Below, one piece after another: positions 61,103-64,000 of a stretch of DNA of 64,000 bases (positions within the stretch are counted from its first letter, which is position 1; each line of letters begins with the position of its first letter). The stretch is from positions 28,624,696-28,688,695 of the forward strand of contig CM119264.1 in the NCBI GenBank assembly GCA_051294375.1. The letters are read 5' to 3'. The position numbers and the translations under genes are program-made. This DNA comes from Paraspadella gotoi. Taxonomy: Eukaryota > Animalia > Chaetognatha. Below the pieces are notes generated by a model. That model was given only the letters and a program-made list of their open reading frames with translations. It was not told the origin of the DNA and did no database searches.

Positions 61103-62479
61103 TTTTCTTTGGGTCGAGGAATTTGATTCGATTTCCTTATTATAACTAGAAATGAAAAGGAATTCTAATCTATTAAAACACTTATTTATATGAAATATAT
61201 TTATTATCATAAATTGAATTTTGAAAATTGAATTTTTTAACCGAAAAAAAAAAAAATAGGAAAAGCGGTTTGTAAACATTTGAAACAGGAAATGATTTAA
61301 GGTTTGCATTTTGCATTTTAAACATTAATATGTGTTATTATTAATAATGTTGTCATTATTATCATTTTACTTTTATTGTTATTATCAATATTCTTACTCT
61401 TATTATTAAATTATAATCATTATCATCGAATGCCGGAACAATTTCAGCGAACGATTTTATTTCTAGTCAAGCGATCTCAATTTTCGTCGACGTCGCACAA
61501 TCAATGAATTGTGCTTCGTCTTTGTTATTCACGACTTCATTTACACGCAAATTGCTCGACGCTAATTTGGGAAATTCGCTTTGAGATTCTGAAAAATCGG
61601 GTAAAATTATTTTTCAAAGTTCCGTCTTTTTGTTTTACGGGGACAAAGACGTTATGATCGGATTAAACAATGTCCACTGTCCAGTCACTCTTGTGTCCAG
61701 GCTTTGGCGTTCATAAATATTTTTATCCGGATTGCGTATTTCCCTCAGTCAATCTCATATACTTATTTCCACTGCAGTATATTTTCCTGTTTGCCATTTA
61801 ATGAAAGCAAAAAAAAAAAAATTAAAAAAAATAAAATGGGCAGAGGATTTTATAAGTTCGTGTGACTTTACTCGAATGAACTTTAAGTTAAAAAGTAAGA
61901 ATTTTAAACGACAATAATAACTAAAGTAAAAAAAGGTCATTCAAGAAAAAAAATATTTTCCGTGAGAGAATGAAACATCTTTCACGTCTTTTTTTCTCTC
62001 GACTCGATGTTTGTCGAACAAACTTGGGAATTTTCGAAACGCGAAAAGGGGGCAGGGCTAAGGGTGCAGGGCTGCAGCTTGGGGAGAGGATCAGGTGCTA
62101 GGCGTGTAGGGCCGCAGCCCAGGTATAGGGGACTTTCGAGAGGTTTAAAGCCGCAGGCCGATAAAAAACGAAGGGCAGGGAAGAAGAAAAAATAAAGAAA
62201 GAAAGAAAAATTAATTGTATTGATCTAATTAGAATTGTAATTTTATTTTAAATTAAAATGGCTGTTGTGATGGTTCGGTGCAAAAATCCAATGACTTATC
62301 AATAATACCACTTTTCTATTTATGAATGAATATAGCTCAATTTTAATATAGGTTAATATAGAAACAATGAAAGACGATTTTAGGTCTTTTTCTTTTTAAA
62401 TTAAAAAAAAATTTTTAAAAGAAATAAGAAAGATAAGAAAACGAAAACGATAAAAAGTAAAGTTAATAAAAAAAAAATG

Positions 62480-62560
62480 GTCTCTCAGGCTCTCAGGCTA
62501 TCAGGCTCTAAGACTCTCATCTATCAGGCTATGAGACTCTCAAGCTATCAGGCTCTCAGG
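62480..62560. repeat. 9-bp minisatellite (CAGGCTCTC/CAGGCTATC)
   Basis: About nine degenerate tandem units read directly. Confidence 0.7.
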
Positions 62561-62807
62561 TCGCGAAGAAACTGAGTTTCCTGGAAATAGAGAGACACGC
62601 AATTTCCTTAGACACGGAACTCGGAACTTTTGTCTTGAAGAAAAAAATCTTTTCTTGGTCAGAGTCGAACTTATTATTCATGTCATCATCATCATCATCA
62701 TCATGATCATGATCATCATTATCTTTATCATCATCTTCATCATAATCATGATTATCATCATGATCTTCATCATAATCATCATCATCAAAATAAATATCAT
62801 TGTTTTT

Positions 62808-62860
<53 letters not shown>

Positions 62861-63317
62861 AACAATAATCGTCATTATCATCAATATATATTTCCTTACC
62901 TAATTAATTTATAATTAATCCTCATTATCTTCCTCTTGACCTTTTAAAACCTTCCTCCTCCTCCTCCTCCTCCTCCTCCTCTTCCTCCTCCTTCTACCCC
63001 TCCTCTGTCCAGGCGGCGTTCCCAGGGAGTTTGAAATGAGACACGCGACTCTGTTGACAACTCCGCTCCTTTCCTATTTTAAACTTTTTTAAAAAAACAC
63101 CACTATTGTTTAATATTGTTTAATGTAAACAAAAGTTTTTCTCTATTTAAAGACCGAAACAAGATTTTGAGGAAAAAAAAACAAACCAAAAAACAAAAAT
63201 CTTATTTTAATTAAAACATCAAACTTCCCGTTAAAAAGATTAATAAACAAATTTATTTATTTATTATTTTTTTAAATTTTTATTAATTTATTTATGAATT
63301 TTTCTAAATATTTTCAG

Positions 63318-64000
63318 GTAGCAGAGTGGGAGAAAGAGGCCCACTGGTTACTGCTCAAATCGCCGCAATTTTCAAAAAGGGTAAGTTTATGTCATCGTTC
63401 TTACCACTGCCGCCGCCGACGCCGCCGCCACTGCCGCCGCCGACGCCGCCGCCGACGCCGCCTAACCCCTGCTCCTGCTCTTTCTCTCGCTCCAGCAATC
63501 CCTCTCGACTCCTTCAGCCATGCAGAAGGAGTTGGCAAAGCTTGGCGAGGCCCGAATTGGCCCATCCTCTTGGCGAGATGGAACCAAAGAAGAGATAAAG
63601 GCCTCGCACGACGTCATCGCTAGGGCGGACAAGGCCAAGGAGGTGAAAGAGGGGCGAGGTTGGGTGAAGTCAGAGGGTAAGTTAATGGGTGAGGTGACTG
63701 GGCTTGTGAAGTTTGAAAATCGTGAAAATTAACTAACAAGAATTTCACGTTGGATTTTGATTTAACGCTTCGTGAAAAGTCAGACTTACCTAAAGATCTC
63801 GTTGACACAACTTTAAAGCCATTACCGGGATACAGAATGTTGAACCCGGGACCCATTGCTCAGCCCGTACCCGATTCTCTGACGTTCAACTCATAATTTT
63901 GTCCTCCATCTTGAACTTTGTCCAGATCGGAAAGACCTCGGACCCTCTTCCCGTTTTTCGTGACACCTTGACGGATCTGAGCAACAATCACAGTCTGAGA
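63318..64000 (+). CDS. Partial plus-strand gene, unidentified; runs off right edge
   Basis: Phase-0 exon chain TTTTCAG|VAEWEKEAHWLLLKSPQFSKR|GTAAGT, CAG|KELAKLGEARIG...ADKAKE|GTGAAA, TGTCCAG|IGKTSDPLPVFRDTLTDLSNNHSLR. Possible earlier exons near 62560-62660 and 63012. Confidence 0.5.

Overview
Eukaryotic (animal) genomic scaffold with AT-rich introns, GC-rich exons, many (GA)n/(CT)n microsatellites and N gaps. A TBPL1/TRF2-type gene suggests a bilaterian invertebrate (inference). I rebuilt gene models by hand from splice sites and reading phase. Every gene model from ~33.2 kb to the left edge is on the minus strand. In transcription order: an unknown multi-exon gene, SPEF2-like (with frameshifts), UBE2D, an unknown S/D-rich gene, a hidden two-exon TOM5-like microprotein, ZNF622/REI1, TBPL1/TRF2, cyclophilin B, an RNF13/RNF167-like PA-TM-RING ligase, and a partial low-complexity ORF. 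The right half holds an SLC22-like transporter (+), a single-pass membrane protein fragment (-), a secreted CPFC thioredoxin with an Arg/Gly/Trp repeat tail (+), a full Dispatched homolog (-) and a partial gene at the right edge (+). Several MITE-, Helitron- and SINE-like elements are present, some nested. Best candidate for a novel system: an operon-like run. Four co-oriented genes are separated by only 81, 47 and 130 nt, and unpaired T-rich AG acceptors sit just upstream of most start codons, suggesting polycistronic transcription resolved by trans-splicing or bicistronic mRNAs. Protein family calls rest on recalled sequence similarity, not database searches.
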